NCBI RefSeq assembly: GCF_009914755.1
Contig: NC_060931.1
Reading direction: 5' to 3' (one strand)
Length of the DNA: 64,000 nt
From: the human T2T-CHM13v2.0 reference genome, Homo sapiens
How positions within the stretch are numbered: position 1 is the stretch's first letter; each line of letters opens with the position of its first letter. Shown here one piece after another: positions 40,770 through 64,000 of this stretch. The notes below the pieces were generated by a model. That model did no database searches. It had not been told where the DNA came from and saw only the letters and a program-made list of their open reading frames with translations. A program made the position numbers and the translations under genes.

Positions 40770-42330
40770 TGATCCCAACACAGGCCGCGTGGGACCTGAA
40801 CCGCCTCACCTTGGCAACCACATTTGTAATTTCCGCAAATGATCTATATCTTCTTCATTCCAAAATTGTGCCTCTCCGTCACTCATTCCACCCATAGGCT
40901 CCCTTCAGCCGTGTCCCCCTTACTCTCACCCTGCACATTTCCGCTGTTCTAAATACGGCTGCCCTTCAGCAGAAGCTGTTGCCTGCAGACGGCGCCTGCG
41001 TATCGAGCCTCCGTGAAGAAAATCACTCCCCAGAATGAGCCCGGCTTTGCGGCTGGGTCCTAAACTGCGGTGAGCTGAACCTTCTCGTGGGAATGTGAGA
41101 AAGCGGAACACACGTGGGCCCCAAATAACAACCCTCCCCACACCGAAGCCCAAGAGCTGGGGGGGAGGGGCGGAGGCGACGCGGGGGGCGCTGGCCGCAG
41201 GGGCCGGCAGGGGGCGCGCTGGCCGCGGTGGCTGGGCAGCGCGAGCCTGCGGCGCGTCTAGGCCCGCGCGGTTCCCGGTGCACTCGCTGCCCACAAAGCG
41301 CCAGCTGAGGGGCCGCTGCGGGTGGAGTGCGGCGGAGTCGGCCTCGCGACCCCAGCTTGATCCGCCGCCTGCTGCACCGCGCCTCCGCCGCGTTCCTGCG
41401 CGTCCCGAGCCCCGACGGCCGCGTGAGTCCCGTCCGTGCGGGGAAGGCAGGGCCGGGTCGGCGCCGCCTGTGGAGAGGACCCGGCGGCCGGGCCTGCTTG
41501 GAGCCGGGCGCGGTGGCAGCGGCGGCAGCGGCGGCGACTTCCGAGGCCCGGGCTAGACAGCGCAGGGCCATGGCTGAGGCGGCCCCGGCCCCGGTAAGGG
41601 CGGCCGCGCGCGAGTGTTGTGAGCCCCCGAGACCCAGACCCCGAGGGAGGAAGGCGGGCGGGCAGGGAGCTGCCAGGCATAGGCGCCGTTCTCGGGTCCC
41701 GCCGGCCACGTCGCCTGTCGCCCGTGCTTGGCGGCTGCAGCCTCGCGTGAGGGGACTTAGCGGGTGGGTGTGAAACCGCCCACCCGGGGACACCAGGCTG
41801 GGCCGCAGGTCTGAGGGGCACTCGCAGGCAGCTATGAGACCCGGGGCCCTGCAGTTGGGTTGAAGTCGAGGGGGTGCCTGCTGCGTGTCAGCCCCACGCC
41901 TGCCCGCCAGACGCGCAGCGGGGTTGGGCTGGGGAGCCGTCAGCCATTCTCGCGGCCGCGGGAGCGTTCGTCACCAGCAATCTGAGCGGTGGCGCGGGCG
42001 GCATTTAAGTGTGCGGAGGCGCATTCCCGCCGCGCTGCGTGACGCCTGGGCTCCCGGCACCGGACTCGGGACACGCGGGAGGCCCTCCCGAAATAGCTGC
42101 CGAATGAATGGTGCGGACCCGGAGGCTGGAGTGGCCTCGCGTGCGTGGCGGTTCATTCGCGGGTGTTTGCCAAGGCCTGCGGGGGCCGGCAGCGGCCAGT
42201 TGCCAGGGCGACCGAGGCGACCGGGCCGCGCCTGCACGCAGCCCCGTAGAATGAGAAGGGGACGGTCAGGCCGCGGGGAAAGCACTGATCGCATTTGCCA
42301 CCCAAGAGGTCTTTGGTCACCTCTAGGAGA
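40770..42330. promoter_or_regulatory. CpG island / ZNF398 main promoter and exon 1
   Basis: High GC/CpG; E-box CACGTG (41111-41116), GC boxes, CTCF-like GGCCGGCAGGGGGCGCGC (41202-41219); contains the ZNF398 ATG. Confidence 0.9.
41570..41593 (+). CDS. ZNF398: ZNF398 coding exon 1 (MAEAAPAP)
   Basis: GGGCC-ATG GCT GAG GCG GCC CCG GCC CCG|gtaagg in a CpG island; strong Kozak, phase-0 donor. Confidence 0.92.
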
Positions 42331-42514
42331 GCAATTGTACTGGGTCAGGAGCCACCCTGGCACATGAGGGGTGACTGGGAAAAGGAGGAAGAGCAGCGAT
42401 GGGTAGGGGGTAGAGCAGAGGGAAGTGCCACCTCCACTCTTGGACCTGTTTTTCTTTTTTCCAACCTTTTTTTTTGTGTATAGGTGGGATGGTAGCGATG
42501 ATCCTGTATTGTGC

Positions 42515-43810
<1,296 letters not shown>

Positions 43811-44088
43811 CCACCCTATGGAGAAGAATCAGGAGACAGATTGACACTAAGAAAGGAACAACCTACCCAAAAAGGTGGAAGGGGTTGGCATAAGTGAAGC
43901 AAATGTGGAGAGTTAAAATTTAAATAGGATGCAACTTCCTTAGGAAGTAAAGAAGAAAACTTAGATTCGGTTACTGATAAGTTTGAAGCAAGGAGTATGA
44001 AGAGAAAGTTGAATGAATTTAGGTCTGATTAATTTCCATCTCAAAGCAAGAGGACATGTCATCTTCTGAGAGTGGGGGCTGCAGCAGA

Positions 44089-44892
<804 letters not shown>

Positions 44893-45857
44893 TGAAGGAC
44901 TGTGCTGAGGCTTTGTAGTAGCCACTTTATGGAATGGGACAAGCGGCATGGAGGGCACAAGTCAGTGTTGAGATCCCCACTAAGCTTAGAAACCACTGGT
45001 ATGTGGTGACAGCAGTTTACCTGGTGATTTCCTCTAGGCACGCTTACTAATCTGCTTACAGGAATGGAGAAAGAATGATTGGACTGATTCAAGGCCAGAG
45101 GTTAGCTGAGCAGGTGAGGCAGAAAGACATGAGAGAAGGGGAGTTGGAAGTGACTGATGTGATCAATTAGAGAAAAAAAGCCAGGAACGGGCAGATACCA
45201 GGAGCAAATGGAATGGTCAAAGGACTAGGTGAAATGAGAATAAAGTAGTGGGTGAGTTGGAAAGATGGGAGGTTGTCGTCAGAGAGTGGCTTATCAGGTT
45301 CATAGAGTTAGAAGGCTTTGTATACATCATCCTAGTCCAACTTATTTGTTGTGGGAATTTTTTCCTTTTATACTACTCTTTGTTTCAAAGTAAATTATTT
45401 TGGAGCAGCCTTTTATTTTCTTGGAAAGATCAATAACCCAGGAGTTATAGGTTACAAGGAGCTATGGTCATGTCAGTGCACTCCAGCCTCGGTGACCCTG
45501 TCTCTAAAAATAAAAAAATAAAAAAAAAATTAAGCTATAGAAGACATCCTGAGGTGGCTGGTTTGCATGCAAGCCTATTTATTTATTCATTCATTCAACA
45601 AAAATTTCTTTCTTTTTTTTTCTTTTTTTTTTTTTGAGACTGAATCTCGTTCTGTCGCGTAGGCTGGAGTACAGTAGCACAATCTTGGCTCACTGTAACC
45701 TCTGCCTCCTGGGTTCAAGCAATAAGTGGATAACATTTAAACTATCCATCTTAGACTTTAAAATCATATATAAAATAATGTGGCCGGGCACGGTGGCTCA
45801 CGCCCGTAATCCCAACACTTTGGGAGGCCGAGGAGGGCGGATCACGAGGTCAGGCTA

Positions 45858-46065
<208 letters not shown>

Positions 46066-47777
46066 TTAATAATGTGATTTCCCTTAAAGATTTCTTTTTT
46101 TTTTTTTTTTTGAGACGGAGTTTCACTCTGTCACCCAGGCTGGAGTGCAGTGGCGCGAAGTTGGGTTGCTGTAAGCTCCGCCTCCTGGGTTCACGCCATT
46201 CTGCTGCCTCAGCCTCCGAAGTAGCTGAGACTACAGGCGCCCACCACCACGCCTGGCTAATTTTTTCTATTTTTAGTAGAGACAGGGTTTCACCGTGTTA
46301 GCCAGGATGGTCTCGATCTCCTGACCTCGTGATCCACCCCCTCGGCCTCCCAAAGTGTTAGGATTGCAGGCGTGAGCCACCGCGCCTGGCCTAGATATCT
46401 TTTTTTTTTTTTTTCTGAGATGGAGTTTTGCTCTTATTGCCCAGGCTGGAATGCAATGATGCGATCTCGGCTCACTGAAACCTCGGTCTCCTGGGTTCAA
46501 GCGATTGTCCTGCCTCAGCCTCTGAGTAGCTGAGATTACAGGCATCTGCCACGATGGCCGGCTAATTTTGTATCTTTAGTAGAGATGGGATTTCTCCACG
46601 TTGGTCAGGCAGGTCTCGAACTCCCGACCTCAGGTGATCGGCCTCTCAAAGTACTGGGATTACAGGTGTGAGCCACCCACCGCGCCCAGCCTCTTTTTTT
46701 TTTTTTTTTTGAGACACAGTCTCCCTCTGTTGCCCATGCTGCAGTGCAGTGGCATAATCTTGGCTCACTGTAACCTCCACTTCTCAGGTTCAAGCTGATT
46801 CTCCTGTCTCAGCCTCCCGAGTAGCTGGTGTTACAGATGTGCACCATCACCCGGCTAATTTTTGTACTTTTAGTAGAGACGGGATTTCACCATGTTGGCC
46901 AGGCTGGACTCGCACTCCCAAGCTCAGGTGATCTGCCCACCTCGGCCTCCCAAAGTGCTGGGATTACAGGCATGAGCCACCGCACCGGCAAGAATTTCTT
47001 TTTTTGAATAGTTCAACAATTATTTATTAGTGGGTCACAATGGCACACACCTGTAGCCCCAGCTACTTAGGAGGTTGAGGCAGGAGGATTGCTTGAGTGA
47101 GCCAGCCTAGGCAACATAATGAGACACCAAGACCCCGTCTCTAAAAAGAAAAAAATGTATTTATTGTAGGCCAAAGTTTGCCTGTCTGAAAATTTCGTTA
47201 TGTTGGTTCTAGTTCTGCCCTCTGGAGTAACATAGTGTAAGATGAAACAAGGCTGTTCTGCCTTCTGTTTTGTAACCCTCATTATCTGAAAACAGCTCTC
47301 ATGTTTTCTTCAGATTCAAGATTCTTAGCTTATTCAGCCATTACTGAATGGTGTGGTTGTAATTTGTAAACAGGGTGATTGACAGGTCTAGAGCATAAGT
47401 CTATAATGGATTTATCAGAGGGCACTAGGTTCAGTGAGGCCTGGAAAGGATCCTTGTGCACATTTGCCTTTTCCAGAGATAGAGGATGCTGCAGCAACCT
47501 AAGCTGGGCCTTATAGCGGAGGAAATATACCAGACTAGTTCAAGAGCCAATTTCATTAATTCACTGTCTTACCCAATCTATCCCAGAACCACCAAATCAG
47601 GTCTCTTGGCTGTTGATGCCAGTGAGCTCCAGAAAGATGAGGCATACGCAGGCAGTACTAGAACTATATTCAAATTAATCTCTGCTGGACAGTTAAGCAG
47701 TCCTTATCTGATTTTAGTTTGGAGTTAGGGTTCCTTCTAACACTCAATGTCTTGTTCCATCTTTCCACTGCATGCAG

Positions 47778-48173
47778 ACATCTGAATGGGACTCCGAGTG
47801 CCTTACATCCCTGCAGCCCCTTCCTCTTCCTACACCCCCAGCAGCAAATGAGGCACACCTGCAGACAGCAGCTATCTCTCTGTGGACAGTGGTGGCCGCC
47901 GTGCAGGCTATAGAGAGGAAGGTGGAGATCCACAGCCGGCGACTCCTACACCTAGAAGGTCGGACAGGGACAGCAGAGAAGAAACTAGCCAGCTGTGAAA
48001 AGACAGTTACCGAGCTTGGGAACCAGCTGGAGGGCAAGTGGGCCGTGCTGGGAACCCTGCTGCAGGAGTACGGGCTGCTGCAGAGGCGGCTGGAGAACTT
48101 GGAGAACCTGCTGCGCAACAGGAACTTCTGGATCCTGCGGCTCCCTCCAGGTATTAAGGGAGATATCCCAAAG
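47778..48173 (+). CDS. ZNF398: ZNF398 exon 2, DUF3669 coiled-coil domain (TSEWDSECL...[17 protein letters not shown]...[33 protein letters not shown])
   Basis: 396-nt open exon, atgcag| acceptor and AAG|gtaata donor; [13 protein letters not shown] and [21 protein letters not shown] are hallmarks of the DUF3669-KRAB group (ZNF282/ZNF777/ZNF212/ZNF398). Confidence 0.96.
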
Positions 48174-48568
48174 GTAATACCTTCATTTCTAGATGTAAAG
48201 TGGTACCACTAGAACTTACATTAGTAGTAGTCTTGGTCATTCAGTTACTTAGATTTTTTATTTCCTTTTAAAGTTTCTTAAAATATCTCAGTCTGAAAGA
48301 ATCATGAAGGTGTTTTATGTTTGTCTATTTGGGAAACATTTTATGTTCAATTTAGTACCCATTTAGAGTGCCAAGATTCAGATTGGAAACCTCTTGCTGG
48401 ACCAAAGTTGGCTATCTGGTAGATGGATTTTTTTTCTCTTTTGGTTTCTCCTACCCATTACCCATGAGCCGCTTCTTTCTTCGTTAACTTGTGTGCCAGA
48501 TTCTTGGGGAGGAGACTACATAAATATTCTTTTAAATCAGTCAATTTGAGGCTGGGCGCGGTGGCTCA

Positions 48569-48955
<387 letters not shown>

Positions 48956-49034
48956 TTAAAATACAAAAATTGGCCAGGTGTGGTGGCTCACACCTGTAAA
49001 CCCAGCACTTTGGGAGGCCGAGAAAGGCAGATCA

Positions 49035-49428
<394 letters not shown>

Positions 49429-49474
49429 TTAAGACCAAGGAAAGGAATTTGGATTTTTAACTAAGGTGTAATGA

Positions 49475-49740
<266 letters not shown>

Positions 49741-50367
49741 TAGTAGAGACGGGGTTTCACCATGTTAGCCAGGATGGTCTTGATCTCCTGACCTCGTGAT
49801 CCGCTCGCCTTGGCCTCCCAAAGTGCTGGGATTATAGGCATGAGCCACCGCGCCCGGCCAGTTTTATATATTGAAAGAATCCCTTTGGCTGCTTTGTGGA
49901 GGATGGATCGTAGGGGAAGAACTGAAGAAGGGAGGAAATACTAAGGCAGGGAGGGATGCAAGTGGCTTGGATGAGGGTAGCAGTTGTAGAGATGGAGAGA
50001 AGTGGACAGATGCAGGATGTTTGGTGGTAGAACTGACAATAAGAGTTACTGATGGGAAGGCAGGGTGCATTGGCTCACGCCTGTAATCCCACCACTTTGG
50101 GAGGTTGAGGCGGGCGGATCATGAGGTCAGGAGTTTGAGACCAGCCTGGCCAACATGATGAAACCTCGTCTCTACTAAAAATACAAAAAAATTAGCTGAG
50201 CGTGGTGGTGGGCACCTGTAATCCCAGCTACTTGGGAGGCTGAGGCAGGAGAATCGCTTGAAGTTGAGGGGGAGGTTGCAGTGAGCCGAGATCACGCCAC
50301 TGCACTCCAGACCAGGCAACAGGGCGAGACTCCATCTCAAAAAAAAAAAAAAAAAAAAAAAGAGTTA

Positions 50368-50724
<357 letters not shown>

Positions 50725-51177
50725 TTACTGTGTGGTAATTTAGTTAGAACTTACTATTCTAAGTGTTCTACTTATTTTAAGGCATATGAGTCTCAGAAGA
50801 ACCCAACTTGCCCGAGGTCACATAGTTAATATAAATAACAAAGTTGTGTTTTAACTAGGTTGGCTCCAGAGCAGTTGCTCTTAACCACGTTAGGTTTACT
50901 GTCTCAGGCTTTCGGCTTGAAGAACTGGGTAGATGGTGTTGGAGTTTCCTTGAGGGGAATACCTTGGGAAAGTGTGGCCTTGGGGGTGGGAGGAAATTAG
51001 GAGTTCCCCTTTGACAATGTTAGGTTTGAAATGCCTGTGATACTTTCAGGAGAGACGTTAAAAGTGGACTAAGAAAGTCCAGGACAGGGCGGGGCACGGT
51101 GGCTAATGCCTGTAATCCCAGCACTTTGGGAGGCCGAGGCGGGCGGATCACGAGGTCAGGAGATCGCGACCATCCTA

Positions 51178-51939
<762 letters not shown>

Positions 51940-52505
51940 TCAAAAAGAAGGAAAGGCTGATGAGGTAGAGGAAAAAACAAACAGGAAAGTATGTGGTGTC
52001 ACAGGGCCAAGGAGAAAAAAAAAGCATCCCAAGTAGAGAGTTGTCATTTATGTTGAATATGTTACTGGGAGGTTTAGAAAGATGAGGACATTGAGTATGA
52101 TTTGTCTGCATAGATGTCACTGGTGGCTTTTACAATAATTGCTTGTGTGGACTGGTGGGATAGAAGACTGAATGGAGCAGATTTTGAAGAGTGAATGCGA
52201 AGAGAAAAAATGGAAAGATGATCAACAACTTTTTCAGATTTTTCTGTGAAGTGGGGTGGAGATGAGGAAGTACCTGGGAAGGATATTGGAGCCGTTTCTC
52301 ATAGAGAACCTTCTCCATAGTACATTTTGTTTGTGCATCTGGAGCTCCTCCAGAAGTTCCTTGGGATAATTTAAATTTAGTATTCATGGCCTGGCGTGGT
52401 ATCTCACACCTGTAATCCCAGCACTTTGGGAGGCCTAGGCAGGCAGATCATCTGAGGTCAGGAGTTGGAGACCAGCCTGACCAACATGGTGAAACCCTGT
52501 CTCTA

Positions 52506-52722
<217 letters not shown>

Positions 52723-52834
52723 TTAAAATTATTGTCTTATCTGGAATAAGTGGTTAACAGTTAAACTGTCCATCTTAGACTCTAAAATCATCTATAAAGT
52801 AATGTGATTTCCCTTAAAGATTTTTTTTTTTTGA

Positions 52835-53002
<168 letters not shown>

Positions 53003-53270
53003 TGACCTCAAGTGATGCACCTGCCCTGGTCTCCCAAAGTGCTGGGATTACAGGTGTGAGCCACCGCGCCTGGCCATCTCTTAAATATTTCTTAATGAAA
53101 TTAAAATGCATTTGATTCTAGTCAAAATGTATTAAAGATTTACTAAATTGAAATATGAGAAACTTTTGTGTCCTTGCTTTGTTGAAAATGCTCTTTTTCG
53201 GCTGGGCGCAGTGGCTCACGCCTGTAATCCCAGTACTTTGGGAGGCTGAGGCAGGTGGATCATGAGGTCA

Positions 53271-53585
<315 letters not shown>

Positions 53586-54624
53586 TCACTCTGTCTCTGT
53601 TAGAAAGATGGAGTGCAGTGGCACAGTCTCCACTCACTTCAGCCTCCACCTCCCAGGCTCAAGCGATTCTCGTGTCTCAGTCCCGAGTAGCTGGGACTAA
53701 AAGCATGCACCACCATGCCTGGCTAATTTTTGTATTTTTAGTAGAGATGGGGTTTCCCCATGTTGGCCAGGCTTGTCTCGAACTCCTGACCTCAAGTGAT
53801 CCTTCTTCCTCAGCCTCCCAAAGTTCTGGGACTACAGGTGTGAGTCACCGGGCCCAGCCAGTGTGAAACTTTGATACATTTGTATAAAGTGTAATGATAA
53901 AAGGAGGATAATTAGCATATCTATCACCTGAAGCATTTATCATTTCTTTGTGTTGGGAACACCAAAAAAATCCTCTTTTCTAGGCCAGGCGCGGTGACTC
54001 ACGCCTGTAATCCCAGCACTTTGGGAGGCCAAGGCGGGCGGATCACAAGGTCAGGAGATCGAGACCATCCTGGCTGACACGGGGGTCTCAACTAAAAATA
54101 CAAAAAAGTAGCCAGATGTGGTGGTGGGCGCCTGTAGTCCCAGCTACTTGGGAGGCTGAGGCAGGAGAATGGTGTGAACCTGGGAAGCGGAGCTTGCAGT
54201 GAGCTGAGAGTATAGACCAGTTTATACTAGGAAGTGGGATTCTCTTCTGCATATGGCCATTCCCTACATGCAGTCTTAACCCCAGTGAGGCAGAATTCAC
54301 AGTCCTCCTCTGAATGCACTCTTCAGTTTCCTTCACTTGAATGTTTTCTCCATTCCCTTTAGGACTAGCCAAAGTCACATCTCTTTTTGAGTCATGCCAG
54401 CCCCATGTCTTGTCCATGTCATTCATTTGCAGATAGTCATATTCCCCTTTGGGGCAGAAACCATATTTTAGTTATCTCAATGCTTAGGGAAAACCTTGTA
54501 TGTAGTGGATACTCAGAATATTTTCTTGCGTGAATTAAGTATGCTTTGCATTTGTATCTAACTCTGAGTAACTCTGAGTCCTCCACCCTCCAGAAGCTCA
54601 CAGCTTTAGATTATCACCTTTCTT

Positions 54625-54740
54625 CTTGAAATCATTGTGAACTCCTAGAGATTGGTCTGTGTCTTATTTTTCCTGTATCCTTTCAGTACCCCATATAGTT
54701 TTCTCAGTCAGGAGGCACTTAGTAAACAGTAAAGATTTTT
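54625..54740 (+). mobile_element. L2 3' end, split by the CEP83 retrocopy (remainder at 59921-59943)
   Basis: TGTGAACTCCTAGAG...TGTGTCTTATTTTTCCTGTATCC...AGGCACTTAGTAAA continues after the retrocopy as GATTTATTGAATGACTGAA, restoring the L2 terminus. Confidence 0.62.
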
Positions 54741-59920
<5,180 letters not shown>

Positions 59921-59983
59921 AAGAGATTTATTGAATGACTGAATTATAATGGAAGGGACTAACCCATGTGATTGTAATTTTAG

Positions 59984-60110
59984 GTGCCTGTGGCATTTGA
60001 TGATGTCTCCATCTACTTTTCCACTCCAGAGTGGGAAAAATTAGAAGAATGGCAAAAGGAACTTTACAAGAATATCATGAAGGGCAACTACGAGTCTCTC
60101 ATCTCCATGG
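59984..60110 (+). CDS. ZNF398: ZNF398 exon 3, KRAB-A ([43 protein letters not shown])
   Basis: 127-nt KRAB-A exon with ttttag| and |gtgagg, in frame with exon 2. Confidence 0.96.
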
Positions 60111-60635
60111 GTGAGGCTGAGTTGACACCTTTTGAATGAAGTGACAGCAGAGGGCTCAGAACAGTCCCTTTTCCTCCAGTGACCTCATTCTCACTCTGTC
60201 TTCACACACTTCAAATTCTGGTTTCAAGCCAAAATATGACCAATTAATGCTTGCTAACTAGGAATCATAATCTCTCTTTTTACCAAATTGTAGGACAGAG
60301 AATGAAGTTCAGGGTTATGGGTGTGACAGCTGGTGGTTTCCATGGGTATCCTTCACTTGGAAAGGAGCTTGACTTCTCCCCCTTGAGGCACACTGTCACT
60401 GTGAAAGCAGTGCTAACCTAGCACATGTGCTTTCCCCACACATTACATCTCCACTGCCTGCTTTCCTGAATAGATATCCACAGCTGAAGATGGATAGATG
60501 GGAAGAAGTGATATGAAATCTAAAAGAAATTCCCTGGCACTGTGACCACAAAGCTTCAGCTCAGCCTTGATGGCAATTAGTTGTCATCCTCATTTATCTC
60601 TTTGTAATACTCTCTCTTCCTTTTTCCTCTCCTAG

Positions 60636-60749
60636 ATTATGCTATAAATCAACCTGATGTCTTATCTCAGATTCAACCAGAAGGGGAACATAATACAGAG
60701 GACCAGGCAGGGCCAGAGGAAAGTGAGATTCCCACAGACCCCAGTGAAG
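60636..60749 (+). CDS. ZNF398: ZNF398 exon 4, KRAB-B-like/linker (D-YAINQPDVLSQIQPEGEHNTEDQAGPEESEIPTDPSE)
   Basis: 114 nt; long pyrimidine tract then cctag| acceptor, AAG|gtaagt donor, phase 1-1. Confidence 0.94.
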
Positions 60750-62352
60750 GTAAGTGGGAGAAGAGATTCCTACTTCTTGTCTCCCTTTCCTGGTCAGACA
60801 TGGTGGCTCAGAGCTAAGCAGGGCTTAGGGGCTTCTAGAGCCATTCATTGCTAAAGCAACTAGATTTTGAATGTGTCATCAGGCATTTAAATATAAAAGG
60901 GAGCTTAGAGGTCACCTTGTCCAGTGTCTTCACCTATCAGTACTACACACCTAACAGTTCCAAGTTGCATTTCCTGACAGAAGTACTGACACCTAGCTGT
61001 TTAATAAAATAAACATGTCCTTACATGATGAAGGAGGCAGTCATGCTCATCTGGACTAAATTGGCTTGAGCAAATATAAGCATGGCCCTTCATAAGTGCT
61101 GAAGGGACTAGGAGTCTGCATGGTCCCTCTAAGATGCATGGAACCAGTAGACACTGATGACATCCACCTGGGCAACATGGATTTTCTCAGGTCTGGGAAG
61201 CTGGCTATCATGAACTCTTCCTAACTTTTTGGTTGGCAGCTGCTTAACATTGTGTGGGAAAGACTGCCAACCAAAGTCCAGTTTTATTGTTTCTCTCATG
61301 CCTCACCTTGCTGTCAGAAAATTCTCATACACTTTTTTGTTCTTTGATGGATAGAAGCACACAGAAAGTTGATCCTCCGGGCATCTCTATTATATGAACT
61401 TCTCTTACAACCCACCCGCTATCCCATATAGTTATTTTTTTCTTTTTCTTTTCTTTTTTTTTTTTTTTTTTGAGACGGAGTCTCGCTCATGCGATCTCGA
61501 CTCACTGCAAGCTCCGTCTCCTGGGTTCACGCCACTCTCCTGCCTCAGGTTCCCAAGTAGCTGGGACTACAGGCGCCCACCACCACGTCCGGATAATTTT
61601 TTCTATTTTTTAGTAGAGATGGGGTTTCACCATGTTAGCAAGGATGGTCTCGATCTCCTGACCTCGTGATCCACCCGCCTCGGCCTCCCAAAGTGCTGGG
61701 ATTACAGGCCTGAGCCACCGCCACATTTATTTTTTTCTAACATTTTATTATGAAAATTTTCAATCAGAAAAGTTAAAATATTTTTATAGTGAACACCTGG
61801 ATATCCAGCGCCTAAATTCTGCCACTAACATTATACCATCCTTCCTTATCATGCATATATCTATCACTGCATCACTCCATCCAGCCATCCGTCTATTATT
61901 TATTTATTTATTTTGGAGATGGAGTCTCACTCTGTCGCCCAGGCTGGAATGCAGTGGTGCGATCTTGGCTCACTGCAACCTCCACCTCCTGGATTAAAGT
62001 GATTCTCTGGCTCAGCCTCCTGAGTAGCTGGGATTACAGGTGCCCACCACCACGCCTGGCTAATTTTTGTATTTTTAGTAGAGACAGGGTTTCAGCATGT
62101 TGGCCAGACTGGTCTCGAACTCCTGACCTCAAGTGATCTGCCTGCCTTGGCCTACCAAAGTGCTGGGATTACAGGCATGAGCCACCGCACCCAGCCATCT
62201 ATCCTATTTTTGATGTATTTCAAAATCAGTAAAGACATCAATGCATTTTCCTGTAAATAGTTCAGCATGAATATTATTAACCTAGAGTTCAATATTTGTT
62301 TTTTTCTTTTCAGGTAAATTTTACATATAATGAAATTTCAAGTCTTAATTGA

Positions 62353-62511
<159 letters not shown>

Positions 62512-63609
62512 TGAGTAGCTGGGATTCCACGCCCGGCTAATTTTTGTGTTTTTAGTAGAGATGGGGTTTCACCATGTTGGCCAGGCTGGTCTTAAACTCC
62601 TGACTTCAAGTGATCCACCCGCCTTGGCTTCCCAAAGTGCTGGGATTACAGGAGTGAGCCACCACGCCCGGCCATATTATTTTTTAAGAATGTGTAGGTG
62701 ATTGCATTTAGTCAGTGTAACACGTTGCATTTTACTAATCTTTATATCACAGATATAAGTAATGAGGCTAAAATAATACCACCAATAAAGATGAGTGACT
62801 TGACTACAGAAAGATTTCTTATTGGGTATATTTCTTTGGTCTACATTATTAGTTATCTGTCATAGCCCTCAGCAAGTACAAATGAATATATCATTGTATC
62901 TTATGGGATGGGTGAAAAAGATAACAAGTAATTAGGTTTTGTGATAACGTATCAAAGTTTCATTTTGCTGTTATCTTGTCAGTTTGTTTTTACCATGGGT
63001 TTTCAAGATGCTCATGCCTCAACCCCCTGAGTAGCTGGGACTATAGGCATGTGCCACCATGCCCAGCTAATTTTTGTATTTTTAGTAACGATGGGGTTTT
63101 GCCATGTTGGCCAGGCCGGTCTTGAACTCCTGACCTCAGGTGACCCACCCACCTCGGCCTCCTAAATTGCTGGGATTACAGGCATGAGCCACCGTGCCTG
63201 GCCTGTTATTTTCTGTTGGTTGATCAAATTGTCAGCTTCACAATTTCTTTCGTTTGTTTGTTTGTTTTTAAGACAAGGTCTGGCTCTATTGCCCAGGCTA
63301 GAGTGCAGTGCCATGATCAGAGTGCAGTGCCATGATCTGAGATCAGTGCAGCCTGTGCCTCCTGGGCCCAAGCCATCCTCCCATCGCAGCCTCCCAAGTA
63401 GCTGGGACTACAGGCACACACCACCATGCCTGGCTAATTTTTGTATTTTCTGTGGAGATGGGGGTTTGCCATGTTGCCCGGGCTGGTTTTGAACTCGTGA
63501 ACTCAAGTGATTCACCTGCTTCGGCCTTCCAAGGTGCTAGGGTTACAGGCCTGAGCCACCACACCCAACCTCAGTACTTGTTTTCTTAAAAAAAAATATG
63601 CTCCTGGCT

Positions 63610-64000
63610 CTGTTGGAGGGCCCAAAGACCACTCCCAGATTTCGTGATCTGCTAGGAGGACTCACAGGATTCCCATATGGTTGTACTCACAGCAAGATTT
63701 GTTAGAATGATACAAAGTAATATCAGCAAAGGGAAAAGGTACCTGGGACAAAGTCTGCAGGAAACCAGGGACAGGCTTCCCAGAGTCCTCTCCCAGTGGA
63801 GTCTTATAGGATATGCTTAATTGTTCCAGTAATGAGTTGTAACAACCAGAAAAGCTCATTAGAGACTCAGTGCCCAAGGTTTTTATTGGGGGCTAATCAC
63901 ATGCATACCCTCTGTCTAGCACTTACCCAAATTCCAGACTCATAGAAGGAAAGCACGTGTTCTGCATATACCACACTGTTTGACAAACACAATCATGCGC
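63610..64000 (-). mobile_element. MER21-family LTR (runs off the window)
   Basis: CTAGGAGGACTCACAGGA...CAGCAAAGGGAAAAGG...CCAGAGTCCTCTCCCAGTGGAGTC is characteristic of MER21. Confidence 0.7.

Noticed and set aside
40926-42367. 120-256 aa ORFs on both strands of the ZNF398 island
   Set aside because: Same GC-content artefact; only MAEAAPAP has Kozak, donor and frame continuity.
47772-48212. 146-aa single-exon ORF starting MQTSEW
   Set aside because: Its ATG overlaps the splice acceptor and its tail runs past the donor into the intron; it is ZNF398 exon 2, not a separate gene.

Overview
Alu-saturated primate (human-like) genomic DNA, which I recognise from the encoded peptides as the 7q36.1 KRAB zinc-finger cluster. 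It holds the 5' coding exons of two divergently transcribed genes. ZNF425 is on the minus strand (exons 1-3: MAEPAS, KRAB-A, KRAB-B; the zinc-finger exon lies left of the window). ZNF398/ZER6 is on the plus strand (exons 1-4: MAEAAPAP, DUF3669, KRAB-A, KRAB-B/linker; the zinc-finger exons lie right of the window). Each starts in its own CpG island (~19.5-20.9 kb and ~40.8-42.3 kb). Almost all ORFs in the supplied track are Alu or GC-island artefacts. Reading between the Alus reveals hidden elements: (1) a decayed but colinear BED-finger plus hAT (ZBED/Ac-like) transposase fossil at ~34.6-38.1 kb, my top candidate for something undescribed; (2) a near full-length CEP83 processed pseudogene in ZNF398 intron 2, inserted into an L2 3' end just upstream of the KRAB-A exon; (3) a full-length 7SL retrocopy inside the ZNF425 CpG island; (4) a rare SVA2-like element; (5) a candidate exonised antisense Alu downstream of the bidirectional promoter; and (6) several LTRs, DNA transposons and locally rearranged Alus. 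Gene, protein and repeat family names come from my recall of consensus sequences, not from database searches.
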